In this document: in pieces, positions 1-8,721 of the stretch | Layout of the letters: every line of letters starts with the position of its first letter | How positions within the stretch are numbered: the stretch's first letter is position 1 | IMG/VR virus record: IMGVR_UViG_3300050821_002957 | Span: 341,632-405,631 of that record | Reading direction: 5' to 3' (one strand) | DNA: 64,000 nucleotides | Program-made: the position numbers and the translations under genes | Notes under the pieces: generated by a model | What the model saw: the letters and a program-made list of their open reading frames with translations, nothing else | What the model was told of the DNA's origin: nothing | Databases searched by the model: none

Positions 1-400
1 CCTTTTCGAGTAATCCATGATCGTCTTGAAAGAATCCGAGTGCCTTATTACAGGCTTTGCAGAGTAGCCCACGAACAACGCCAGTTCGATGGTCATGATC
101 CACATCAAGAGACGTTTCATTTAAACAAATCTTACATTGGTTGTTTTGAGCCTTTAAGAGCACAAGGTAATCTTCGTAGGAAAATTCGACAATGCCATGA
201 CGTTGCCACACTCGCTCTCGATATCTTTTGGGATTGTTGGTTCGTTGTTTCTTACTTTCGATTGAAACATATTCTTTGTTGGCTTCGTACCACTGTTTCA
301 AATATTGTGCTCGTTTTTCTTTACTCTGTTTTGTCTGTCGCCAAAGCCGCAAGTAATCAGGATGGCTACGTGGCGGCATATCAAAATACTTTTTGTTCAT
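1..400 (-). CDS. Endonuclease VII-family (His-Me) endonuclease, runs off the left window edge; probably homing-type
   Basis: Not in the ORF track. Minus strand from ATG at 400 reads MNKKYFDMPP...QNNQCKIC..LDVDHDHRTGVVRGLLCKACNKALG, the Endonuclease_7 signature. Confidence 0.85.
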   Translation of the reverse strand, partial: MNKKYFDMPPRSHPDYLRLWRQTKQSKEKRAQYLKQWYEANKEYVSIESKKQRTNNPKRYRERVWQRHGIVEFSYEDYLVLLKAQNNQCKICLNETSLDVDHDHRTGVVRGLLCKACNKALGFFQDDHGLLEK

Positions 401-424
401 ACTCTATATAGGATTCAAAATATC

Positions 425-1123
425 ATGCAGATTTCTAATGAAACTTTGGTTATACTAAAAAATTTCGCTTCCATCGAAAAGAAAATGGAATTCAATCCTG
501 GGCATACGCTCCGCACTCGTACTGGCTCAGTGTTCGTCGAAGCTAAAGTAGCCGAAGAGTTTCCTGATCCTAAGTCAGTCAATCGCTCTGAATTTGGCGT
601 CTATGACATCAGCAATTTGCTCAATGTTCTCTCTCTGTTCGATGAGCCAGACATTGAATTTGGTGAGACAAGTTTGATCATTACTTCGGCGAACGGCACG
701 CATGAAGGGCGCTATGGCTACGCAGGACAAGGATCTCTCGGCCTACTCAAGTTTCCAAAGAAGATGCATCCCTTACCGGAGGAAGTGATTGAGTTCACTC
801 TGCCTGAAGAACAGTTGGTAAAACTTCAGAAGGCTGTCTCGTACATGGAGAAGCCGGAAATGAAAGTTACGTCAGACGGAAAGGTTGTCAAAATTGGCAC
901 CGGCAACCACAAGAACGAAAACAGCAATTCATTTTCGATGGTGTTCGATGCAGAGCCGAACAAATTGAAATGCAACATGTGGGTCGCCAAGGAACACCTG
1001 ATCATGATGAAAGGATCATATAAAGGCTGGATTACGCCGACTTACATCATGCTCAAGAACACCAGTGGCTATGACTTGACTTACTACGTAGGAGTCGAAC
1101 CGAACAGCACCTTTGGAAAATAA
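425..1123 (+). CDS. gp45: T4-like sliding clamp
   Basis: MQISNETLVILKNFASI start, FGVYDISNLL, LTYYVGVEP end; upstream of the clamp loader. Confidence 0.9.
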   Translation: MQISNETLVILKNFASIEKKMEFNPGHTLRTRTGSVFVEAKVAEEFPDPKSVNRSEFGVYDISNLLNVLSLFDEPDIEFGETSLIITSANGTHEGRYGYAGQGSLGLLKFPKKMHPLPEEVIEFTLPEEQLVKLQKAVSYMEKPEMKVTSDGKVVKIGTGNHKNENSNSFSMVFDAEPNKLKCNMWVAKEHLIMMKGSYKGWITPTYIMLKNTSGYDLTYYVGVEPNSTFGK

Positions 1124-1318
1124 ATGACACCAGAATTATTGGCGAACAAATCTGTACTGTACCTATTTCATGGTATCTGTCTTGCAATGTTGCTGGGTGG
1201 AACGTACATGTTGGTCCATAGTGGTAATTGGGCAATCTGCGGTGGCGTCTGGTTGTTGATCATTGGAAATAACATGTCCAACTGGCTGCGTAATGTCGAA
1301 GAAGACGAAGAAAGATGA
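1124..1318 (+). CDS. Small two-TM membrane protein
   Basis: Two hydrophobic stretches; abuts gp45. Confidence 0.6.
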   Translation: MTPELLANKSVLYLFHGICLAMLLGGTYMLVHSGNWAICGGVWLLIIGNNMSNWLRNVEEDEER

Positions 1319-1342
1319 GTGCAATGAGGATTGGGACGATTA

Positions 1343-2317
1343 ATGGCTGAACACGTAATTTGGGTAGAGAAGTACCGCCCACATAAAATCTCGGATTGTG
1401 TCCTCCCGGAAAACATCAAGGAAACCTTTGCACAAATAGTTAAGCAAGGTCTCATTCCAAATTTGATCCTGACCGGCAAGGCAGGCGGCGGCAAGACCAC
1501 AGCAGCTAGGGCTATTTGCGACGAGCTTAATGTCGAAAGCATCTTGATCAATGCATCCGAGAACGGTAACATCGACACTCTTCGCAATGAGATTCGAGAG
1601 TTTGCATCGACCGAAAGTTTTTTACGAGATTTGGACGCTGATGACAATAGTAGTGTAAAGCGCAAAGTAGTCATCCTCGACGAAGCAGACCATCTCAATC
1701 CTAACTCGACACAACCGGCACTTCGTAGCTTTATTGAAGAGTTTGCCTCGAATGTCAGTTTCATTTTCACTTGCAATTCGTTGGGTAAGATCATTCAGCC
1801 GTTGCATTCAAGAACATCGGTCATCGAATACAATATTCCGAATGGTGAAAAGGCTACATTGCAGGGTCAGTTTTACAAGCGTCTGAAATTTATTCTGGAT
1901 ACCGAGAATGTTGAATTTGATCCGAATGTCGTCAAGGCGCTTGTGGTCAAGTTCTGGCCTGATTTCCGGCGCACCATTAATGAACTACAGCGCTACTCTT
2001 TGTCTGGGAAGATTGACGAAGGGATTTTGGCTCAAGTTCGTGATGTTCCTTTGTCGGAATTGATCAAGGCGCTTAAGGATAAAGATTTTCAGTCGATGCG
2101 GAAGTGGTGTGCAGTCCATCACGATTCAGATTCAGTAAAGATCATTAGGAAATTGTACGAAGTGCTGTACGAGGTCTTCAACAAAAATTCGATACCAGAT
2201 GTAGTAATTCTGATGGGTAGGTATCAGTATCAGGCTGCTTTTGTGAACGACCATGAATTGCATCTCGTGGCCTTTCTTACAGAGTTAATGTACGGAGATG
2301 CAATCCAGGAAGCATAG
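1343..2317 (+). CDS. gp44: Clamp loader AAA+ subunit
   Basis: WVEKYRP, Walker A GKAGGGKTT, Walker B ILDEAD, PLHSR. Confidence 0.95.
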   Translation: MAEHVIWVEKYRPHKISDCVLPENIKETFAQIVKQGLIPNLILTGKAGGGKTTAARAICDELNVESILINASENGNIDTLRNEIREFASTESFLRDLDADDNSSVKRKVVILDEADHLNPNSTQPALRSFIEEFASNVSFIFTCNSLGKIIQPLHSRTSVIEYNIPNGEKATLQGQFYKRLKFILDTENVEFDPNVVKALVVKFWPDFRRTINELQRYSLSGKIDEGILAQVRDVPLSELIKALKDKDFQSMRKWCAVHHDSDSVKIIRKLYEVLYEVFNKNSIPDVVILMGRYQYQAAFVNDHELHLVAFLTELMYGDAIQEA

Positions 2318-2319
2318 CA

Positions 2320-2676
2320 ATGGAATTCAGACAAGGTGATCGTGTAGAAATTTTGAAGGGCAAAAGGCAGGGCCAAATTGCCAAGGTGACTGAGGTTCAG
2401 GGTACAGAGAGAGTTCTTGTCGAATTTGAAGGTGGAAAATATGAAGTCTCTTACCTGAAAGAAGATGTCGTTCTAAGAACCAAGGCATCAAAGATTAATC
2501 CGCTGGTAGAAGATGGAACGGTCGGCTGCACTCCATTTCAGGTAACCGGCGACAAAAAGCTCCGGTTGGTTGCACATCTCGTCAAACAAGGAAAATTGTG
2601 TCCGAGTTGGCCTTATTCTTGTTCCGGCGAATGTGAATCATCAAAGGAAGAAAAAGCAAGAGGACAAGCAAAATGA
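2320..2676 (+). CDS. Hypothetical protein with KOW-like N-terminus
   Basis: GDRVEILKGKRQGQIAKV. Confidence 0.55.
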   Translation: MEFRQGDRVEILKGKRQGQIAKVTEVQGTERVLVEFEGGKYEVSYLKEDVVLRTKASKINPLVEDGTVGCTPFQVTGDKKLRLVAHLVKQGKLCPSWPYSCSGECESSKEEKARGQAK

Positions 2677-2879
2677 AAAAGTGGGATGTAAAGATGATCA
2701 GCGTTGGTGCTAACACTGATGTCGAAGCAGAATTGAAAGCAGAGGGACAGAATGGCTGGAGGTTCGCACACGCACTCCAGACACCATTCGGAGTCAAGTT
2801 CGTTCTAGAGCGCCAGTTAGACGAAGAAGTCGAAGTCGTTTCAAAAGACGATGAACTGGCAAAGAAGTTTGGGATCTAA
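2673..2879 (+). CDS. Small hypothetical protein (DUF4177-like)
   Basis: ELKAEGQNGWRF...VLER pattern; overlapping start/stop. Confidence 0.5.
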   Translation: MKKWDVKMISVGANTDVEAELKAEGQNGWRFAHALQTPFGVKFVLERQLDEEVEVVSKDDELAKKFGI

Positions 2880-2880
2880 T

Positions 2881-3195
2881 ATGTACACAGAAAAAATGGT
2901 AAGGACTAACGAATGGTCAAATACTGATCGTATTCCTCGGGAAGATGTCTACAAGGTCATCGACGGGGAACGAGAGTATCAAGAGAACCTTCCCGGCAAC
3001 CGTAGCGAGAATCCAAAGCGTATTCGTGCGGTCAGCGAGTACCTGACGATGCTTGATCACTACGTGCGTCATGCTCAAGACTCCTGGACCACACGAGCCG
3101 GAATCGAAGATCCTCTGAATGACATGAGAAAGATTGCGGCGCTGGCTATTCGTTGCATGGAAGAGTGGGGCGCAATTCCAAGAGAGTTCAAATGA
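2881..3195 (+). CDS. Helical MazG-like hypothetical protein, paralog 1
   Basis: REDVYKVIDGER...RKIAALAIRCMEEWGA. Confidence 0.55.
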   Translation: MYTEKMVRTNEWSNTDRIPREDVYKVIDGEREYQENLPGNRSENPKRIRAVSEYLTMLDHYVRHAQDSWTTRAGIEDPLNDMRKIAALAIRCMEEWGAIPREFK

Positions 3196-3491
3196 CCAGG
3201 GAAGATGTCTACAAATTGATCGATGGTGAGCGGATCTATCTGGATTCTCTTACACTCGCCTGCGAAGAAGCCTCAAGTGATCCAATGTCGCTACTTGTGG
3301 GTCATCAGTACAGCATTGCTGAAGAAGCCATGATGATTCAATATTTCTCTTCGCTCATACCGGCAATTTTCTATAAGACTGCTGGTTATGATGAAACTTT
3401 GGCTCTCATTCGGCAAGTGGCTGCTCTTTGTGTCCGTTGCATGGAAACCCACGGCGCACCAGCACGTCAAAACAAGACTATTGAGGACTAA
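3192..3491 (+). CDS. Helical MazG-like hypothetical protein, paralog 2
   Basis: REDVYKLIDGER...RQVAALCVRCMETHGA. Confidence 0.55.
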   Translation: MTREDVYKLIDGERIYLDSLTLACEEASSDPMSLLVGHQYSIAEEAMMIQYFSSLIPAIFYKTAGYDETLALIRQVAALCVRCMETHGAPARQNKTIED

Positions 3492-3898
3492 TGGCAGCAT
3501 CCAAACTCGGCGACTACCTCACGAGCATCAACAGGTCGAAAGTCAATGTAATGCGGGACCCGAATGCAGAGCCTCAGGTAATTACAGGATATCCCGCATT
3601 CATGATCCGGCGTCTGATGAGTTATCACATGGACACCGTTTTGTTGGCGAATGAGATGAATTTGTTACCTCATCTTGACAACCAAATGCAATATGAATTT
3701 TTGCTTCATTCGGTTCCAAAGAAGAATCGATACGCCACTACTCACAAAGTTCAAAACCCAGATTCGGTCGAACTTATAAAAGAATACTACAAGTACTCTG
3801 ATGAGAAAGCACTTGAGGTCGTTGGTCTACATACTCCTGATGACTTTGCTCGAATGAAGGAGCATCTGTCTGAAGGTGGACTCGTCCGTGAAAAATAA
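3491..3898 (+). CDS. gp62: Clamp loader small subunit
   Basis: YPAFMIRRLMSYHMDTVLLANEMN, IKEYYKYS; synteny. Confidence 0.9.
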   Translation: MAASKLGDYLTSINRSKVNVMRDPNAEPQVITGYPAFMIRRLMSYHMDTVLLANEMNLLPHLDNQMQYEFLLHSVPKKNRYATTHKVQNPDSVELIKEYYKYSDEKALEVVGLHTPDDFARMKEHLSEGGLVREK

Positions 3899-4379
3899 TC
3901 ACCTTGAGGATTTGGTAGAAATCGTCCTCACGAAACCTGACAATTTTTTGATCCTGAAAGAGACGTTGACCAGAATTGGTGTCTCAAACAAAGAAGGCAA
4001 CAAGTTATATCAGACGTGCCACATTCTTTGTAAGAAAAAGAAATATTTTATCGTCCACTTCAAAGAGCTTTTCATGCTCGATGGGCGTCCTTCCAATTTG
4101 ACAGTGACCGATGTGGCTCGCCGGAACAGCATTATTAATTATCTCCAGGATCGCAAATTTTTTACGTTGGCCGATCCTGAAGTAAAGGTGATGGAGCCGT
4201 CACTTCCCAGGAATGAATCGAGCGACGATTTTACGATCATCCCGCACAATGAAAAGAAAAAATGGGAATTGATTCCGAAGTACACCATCGGCAATCCGGC
4301 GAACAAACGCAAACCATCGGCCCGTCGAAAACCAAATGCTGCTGTTGCTACGGCGAACACTTCTGAAGTTTCTAGTTGA
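3888..4379 (+). CDS. regA: Translational repressor RegA
   Basis: FLILKETLTRIGV, LYQTCHIL, YFIVHFKELFMLDG, KWELIPKYTIG. Confidence 0.93.
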   Translation: MKNNHLEDLVEIVLTKPDNFLILKETLTRIGVSNKEGNKLYQTCHILCKKKKYFIVHFKELFMLDGRPSNLTVTDVARRNSIINYLQDRKFFTLADPEVKVMEPSLPRNESSDDFTIIPHNEKKKWELIPKYTIGNPANKRKPSARRKPNAAVATANTSEVSS

Positions 4380-4426
4380 CAGAAGTCAAGAGAAATGTTA
4401 CCTTAGTCCTTAGGAGAACTCTTCTT

Positions 4427-4822
4427 ATGAGACTCACATATCGTGGTAAGGTATACAGGATCGGCTTCAAGCACGGCCAGGAAACAAACGAAATTCCAGG
4501 TCACGGTCCAACCGCTCAGGACTTCACAATTGCAACTATTCGCACTGGTGAGCGTGAGACGGACACAAAGGCAACAGCAGACGACAGCAACATTCTCGCA
4601 ACGGCAAAGGTTCATAGGTTCCATCGTGACGAGCATTCGCATGAGGCAGCACGCAAGGCAGCACTCAAGGCTGCGCTGAAGTCGGTCAAGACGACTCACA
4701 ACTTCCGTGAGGCAATCTGGAAGACCTATCATAGCCGTCCCGGTGGCATTTCTGCTTCACAGGTCGGCGGCGGTGGTGGTGGCGGCATTCCGACCACTGT
4801 TACGGCCAACGCAGTCAGCTAA
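4427..4822 (+). CDS. Hypothetical protein
   Basis: AGGAG RBS before ATG 4427; followed by a terminator. Confidence 0.6.
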   Translation: MRLTYRGKVYRIGFKHGQETNEIPGHGPTAQDFTIATIRTGERETDTKATADDSNILATAKVHRFHRDEHSHEAARKAALKAALKSVKTTHNFREAIWKTYHSRPGGISASQVGGGGGGGIPTTVTANAVS

Positions 4823-4845
4823 ATCATTGACCGTCAAGCATATAA

Positions 4846-4873
4846 GGGCCAGGGAGAAATCCTTGGCCTTTTT
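4846..4873 (+). terminator. Intrinsic terminator
   Basis: GGCCAGGGA-GAAA-TCCTTGGCC followed by a T run. Confidence 0.8.
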
Positions 4874-4884
4874 CATTTCTGCCC

Positions 4885-4920
4885 TTGACATTAGATGTAT
4901 CTAAATGCTAAGATTGGTTT
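4885..4920 (+). promoter_or_regulatory. sigma70-type promoter (leaderless) with operator-like palindrome
   Basis: TTGACA-18-TAAGAT-6 nt-ATG; TAGATGTATCTA at 4892-4903. Confidence 0.75.
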
Positions 4921-5883
4921 ATGGAAAACGTACTTGAACAGAACATCTTCGAGGCAGAAACGTTTGAATTTAAGCCTCTAAAGCGTACCGACATCCATCG
5001 TCCTTCGGCGATCAATCCTAGCGAATATCAATTTGTCGCTTACGAATTTCTTCCTGGTGGAGCATGGCAGTATCTTGCCGTTCAGCGAGAGATCATTCGT
5101 AACCATATGGCCCGGACGGGCGGCAACTATAGCGGACATGATCACGGCGGTAACTGCATGGTCTGCGGTAATGTTCTTGCCATCTACACCGTTCTTTTCT
5201 ATCACGAAAAATCCAACACCTACGTTCGCATGGGTGATATTTGCGCTCGGAAGGTTGAAATGGCCTTCGACAATTCGGCGTTCAACCGCTTTAAGGACAC
5301 CGTGAATGGCTGGCGCAGAGCCGTGGCTGGAAAGAACAAAGCAATGAACACGCTCATGGAGAAGGGCTATGGTGATGCCTGGGATCTCTTTGAGACTCGT
5401 GAGAAAAATTGGAAGGATTACAAATACGAAGAGAACACCATCTGCGATATCGTCGGCAAGCTGGTCAGATACGGGAACATTTCAGACAAGCAGATGAACT
5501 TCATCGGTCGTCTTTTAACTCAGATCGATGGTCGTGTCGTCATCGCCAAGAAACGTGCCGAAGAAAAGGCGTTGGCGGCTCCGGTTCCGACTGGCCGTTT
5601 CGTCATCGAAGGAAAGATCGTCTCTCGCCAGTACAAGAGCGACATCATGTACCCGGCTTTCAAGATTACCGTGAAGCATGTTTCTGGCTGGTGTGTCTAT
5701 GGCACGCTCCCGGCATCGCTCGAAGATGCTAAGGTTGGCGATTTTGTTACGTTCTCTGCCACCGTAGAAGTTTCTGACGGTGATCAAAAATTCGGTTTCT
5801 TCAGCCGTCCAGCGTGCGGTAAGATCCTCCCTGGACCCAGCGTAGATGACATTCTGACCGTGGCGTCGCAAGAGGTAGCGTAA
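4921..5883 (+). CDS. Hypothetical protein, Zn-binding N-terminus and probable OB-fold C-terminus
   Basis: CxxC...GxxC; C-terminal VTFSATVEVSDGDQKFGFFSRP. Confidence 0.6.
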   Translation: MENVLEQNIFEAETFEFKPLKRTDIHRPSAINPSEYQFVAYEFLPGGAWQYLAVQREIIRNHMARTGGNYSGHDHGGNCMVCGNVLAIYTVLFYHEKSNTYVRMGDICARKVEMAFDNSAFNRFKDTVNGWRRAVAGKNKAMNTLMEKGYGDAWDLFETREKNWKDYKYEENTICDIVGKLVRYGNISDKQMNFIGRLLTQIDGRVVIAKKRAEEKALAAPVPTGRFVIEGKIVSRQYKSDIMYPAFKITVKHVSGWCVYGTLPASLEDAKVGDFVTFSATVEVSDGDQKFGFFSRPACGKILPGPSVDDILTVASQEVA

Positions 5884-5926
5884 TACCTCTTGCGTTTTTT
5901 GAGAACACCATGATACAGTAGACATC

Positions 5927-6922
5927 ATGACGCTTCCGACATCGAAAACAGAATTTGCAGTCGTCTATTTCCCTTTTCAATGTAGTAACCTTCTTGCTTG
6001 TCACTCAAGCATCTTAAAGGACGCAGCACAAACTCACAACAGAATTGTCATTGCACTTCCTGTTCGCCGGATCTCACCATCAAAAGATTCTCCGTTGGAT
6101 TTTGTGACTCGCCAACAGATGATCCAACAACAATTTCAGAATGCTATTATTGTCCCGGTGGTAGATACCAAATATCCCCAGAACAAAGTTAAGGCGCTTG
6201 AAACTGCGGTCGCTGCTCCATTTTCAGAAATGCGTGGGAAGTGCGATTTGTACACCGATGTCAATTTTGCAAACCTGTATCGGGCGCATGGTGGGAAATG
6301 GCAATGTGCGGATCTGGCTCAGGATGTTTTCGTACAGGAAGCGGCGAATCGAAAACGAGTTCAATTCAATATCGGAATGGCACAGGATTTCAAATTGGCC
6401 GATGTTCAGCACGCCTACCGGATCGGCCTCATTAAAGGTCTGAACGACCAATTTCCAATCTCATGGACCACCGTCGATATTTGCATCAAGCGAGTGATCA
6501 ACGGTAAAACTTTTATTCTACTCGGTAAGAAACCAGGAGAGAATGGTTGGCGCTTTCCTGGTGGATTTAAAGATCGTGGCGACATGAGCTTCGAGATTGC
6601 TGTTATTCGTGAAGCCAGTGAAGAAATTCTTAAACCCGGCGTCAATCCAGTCAATACATTGATGTTCCCGGAATACATAGGCAGCAAGAACGTTGATGAC
6701 TGGCGCTACAAAGGTGAGATCGACGGCATCAACACGCTGTTCTATCAGGTCACGTTTATTGGCGAAGACGACGACATCAAAGCTGGGGACGATCTTGCAG
6801 AAGCCGAGTGGTTTGAGTTGACCAGAATTGATCCTCCTATTCTCGAAGGCGAACATTTGAATCTGTACAACATGCTTCTAGTGCATGAAGGAATGACACA
6901 TGAAAAATCCACTGGCAAATAA
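5927..6922 (+). CDS. NadM-like (degenerate) / Nudix ADP-ribose pyrophosphatase fusion
   Basis: DSPLDFVTRQQMI (NadM-like), TTVD, Nudix box FPGG...REASEE, AGDDLAEAEW. Confidence 0.8.
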   Translation: MTLPTSKTEFAVVYFPFQCSNLLACHSSILKDAAQTHNRIVIALPVRRISPSKDSPLDFVTRQQMIQQQFQNAIIVPVVDTKYPQNKVKALETAVAAPFSEMRGKCDLYTDVNFANLYRAHGGKWQCADLAQDVFVQEAANRKRVQFNIGMAQDFKLADVQHAYRIGLIKGLNDQFPISWTTVDICIKRVINGKTFILLGKKPGENGWRFPGGFKDRGDMSFEIAVIREASEEILKPGVNPVNTLMFPEYIGSKNVDDWRYKGEIDGINTLFYQVTFIGEDDDIKAGDDLAEAEWFELTRIDPPILEGEHLNLYNMLLVHEGMTHEKSTGK

Positions 6923-7292
6923 AGCCGACTGGACCCTTGTCGGTCACTTCGGAGTTGACGCTGGTCTCTGTTGGATTGGAGATCCATGTTACGTCCTTCA
7001 TACTTCCGAAATGAAAGACGGAAAAGACGTACCAACACCATTACCAGAGACACTCGGAAAAGACTGGAGTGCATTCTGCAATCTACTCGATGGTTCTTAT
7101 CCGACGTTGAAGAGCTTCAACTACGAGGCAGGCCATGAAGGTCTTGGGGTCTGTGTATCGACCGGCTTTGGTGACGGCACCTATCCAGTGTACGCTCTCA
7201 TTCAAGAAGAGGGCACCTGGGGCAAACGAGTAGCAGCGATCTTTATTGATTTTTTTGGATTGCTGGAAGATGGCGCTGAAGACGAAGATTGA
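6900..7292 (+). CDS. DUF4241-like hypothetical protein
   Basis: GVDAGLCWIGDPCY, STGFGDGTYPVY. Confidence 0.65.
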   Translation: MKNPLANKADWTLVGHFGVDAGLCWIGDPCYVLHTSEMKDGKDVPTPLPETLGKDWSAFCNLLDGSYPTLKSFNYEAGHEGLGVCVSTGFGDGTYPVYALIQEEGTWGKRVAAIFIDFFGLLEDGAEDED

Positions 7293-7293
7293 C

Positions 7294-7331
7294 TTGACAA
7301 TAGACACATCTTCCTGATAGGATCTAACTAA
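7294..7331 (+). promoter_or_regulatory. sigma70-type promoter
   Basis: TTGACA-18-TAGGAT; palindrome variant TAGACACATCTT in the spacer. Confidence 0.65.
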
Positions 7332-8555
7332 ATGAATCTACAAAATCCCAAATTGGTTGACAAAATCCACAAGACACCAACGAAAGTAGTTCTTTTCGTA
7401 ACAGGTGGTGGTCTGGAAATTTTCCAAACCTTGACTCATCGTGGCGGCGGCTCGGCTACGCTCCTGTCCGGGCTGATTCCGTATGACACTCAAGAGACCA
7501 TCGAATTGCTTGGTGGAGTCCCAGAAAAACTGGTCAGTGAGAAAACTACACGAGAGATGGCAATGGTGGCCTTCCAGCGTGCTCTGAAGCTCTCAAAAGG
7601 CGAATACCCAGTCATAGGCGTGGCGGCGTCGGCAGTGCTTCAGAAGACGCCGTATGAGCGTGAAGGTCGAAAGCATTTTGTCTATGCTGCACTCCAGACC
7701 GACACTAAGACGGTTTCCTGTGTTCTGGACCTACATGATGGTATTGCAGAACCAAAAGACACCGGACCAATTCCACCGGATCATGGTGTAGGATTGCGAA
7801 TCATGGAAGAAATGATCACAGCCAATTTGATTCTGAATTTGATTGCCGAAGGTTGTGGACTGGAAGAACGAATTACTCTTGGTTATGGTGTCGAAGACGA
7901 TCTGACCCGGCGTGAATCGACCTTGACCGGAATTTCGATCAACAAAATCATGAGTGGTCATCCAGTTTCGTTCGACTTGGGCAAAGACACCAAAAAAATT
8001 GAAACCGCCACATTCAGTTCGACTAGTTACCGAAACATTTTCCCAGGTCGATTCAATCCGATCCATGCTGATCATTGGGAGATGTGCGCTCTCGCCTGCG
8101 AACAATTTGGTTTCGTCGAATTTGAAATCTCCATTGGCAATGTCGAAAAACCCACATTGGATTTGATTTCTCTCGAAGAGACGCTGAAGCAATTCTGCCA
8201 AGAAAGAACGCCACCATTGCCAGTTTACTTCAGAGTGTGGGTGACCAATGCTCCCACTTTTGTCCAGAAAGCCGACATGTTTCCGGGCGCAACGTTCATT
8301 GTTGGCTATGACACAGCAAAACGTATTTGCGACCCAAAGTATGCCGGAAACATCGAAGAAGTAATGGAAGTGTTCAAAAAAAATGACGTTGATTTCCTGG
8401 TGTTCGGACGTGAACTGAATGGAGTCTATAAAGCTGATGTTAGTGAATTTCCGACTTCGTTTCGACAGATTGTTGTTACGAATACTGAGCCACGTCAGTA
8501 CTCAAATATCTCTTCTTCAGAGATCCGTCGCCGCACGTCAGAAGGGCATGAATGA
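7332..8555 (+). CDS. CinA/PncC-like domain fused to a Pof1-like NMN adenylyltransferase (HIGH-family) domain
   Basis: TGGG, GGGSATLL, VSEKTTREMA; FPGRFNPIHADH, APTFVQKADMFPGATFIVGYDT..RICDPKY, ISSSEIR. Confidence 0.75.
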   Translation: MNLQNPKLVDKIHKTPTKVVLFVTGGGLEIFQTLTHRGGGSATLLSGLIPYDTQETIELLGGVPEKLVSEKTTREMAMVAFQRALKLSKGEYPVIGVAASAVLQKTPYEREGRKHFVYAALQTDTKTVSCVLDLHDGIAEPKDTGPIPPDHGVGLRIMEEMITANLILNLIAEGCGLEERITLGYGVEDDLTRRESTLTGISINKIMSGHPVSFDLGKDTKKIETATFSSTSYRNIFPGRFNPIHADHWEMCALACEQFGFVEFEISIGNVEKPTLDLISLEETLKQFCQERTPPLPVYFRVWVTNAPTFVQKADMFPGATFIVGYDTAKRICDPKYAGNIEEVMEVFKKNDVDFLVFGRELNGVYKADVSEFPTSFRQIVVTNTEPRQYSNISSSEIRRRTSEGHE

Positions 8556-8721
8556 GCTAAAGGCTTTGATGTACGTCTACCGAAAGGAATGGAAAGCCTG
8601 TCGGTTAAAAGTTAAGGCAACAAATCGGCAAATGGTTTTGCTGAAGCATAAGTTGAGAAAAGAAATGTTCAGACAGAAAAGAATTCAGAATAGAATGGAG
8701 AGAAGACAAAATGCCAGCTAA
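8548..8721 (+). CDS. Small basic hypothetical protein
   Basis: Overlaps both neighbours in the operon. Confidence 0.45.
   Translation: MNELKALMYVYRKEWKACRLKVKATNRQMVLLKHKLRKEMFRQKRIQNRMERRQNAS

Noticed and set aside
40-411. 123-aa plus-strand ORF
   Set aside because: The opposite strand encodes a clear endonuclease VII domain.
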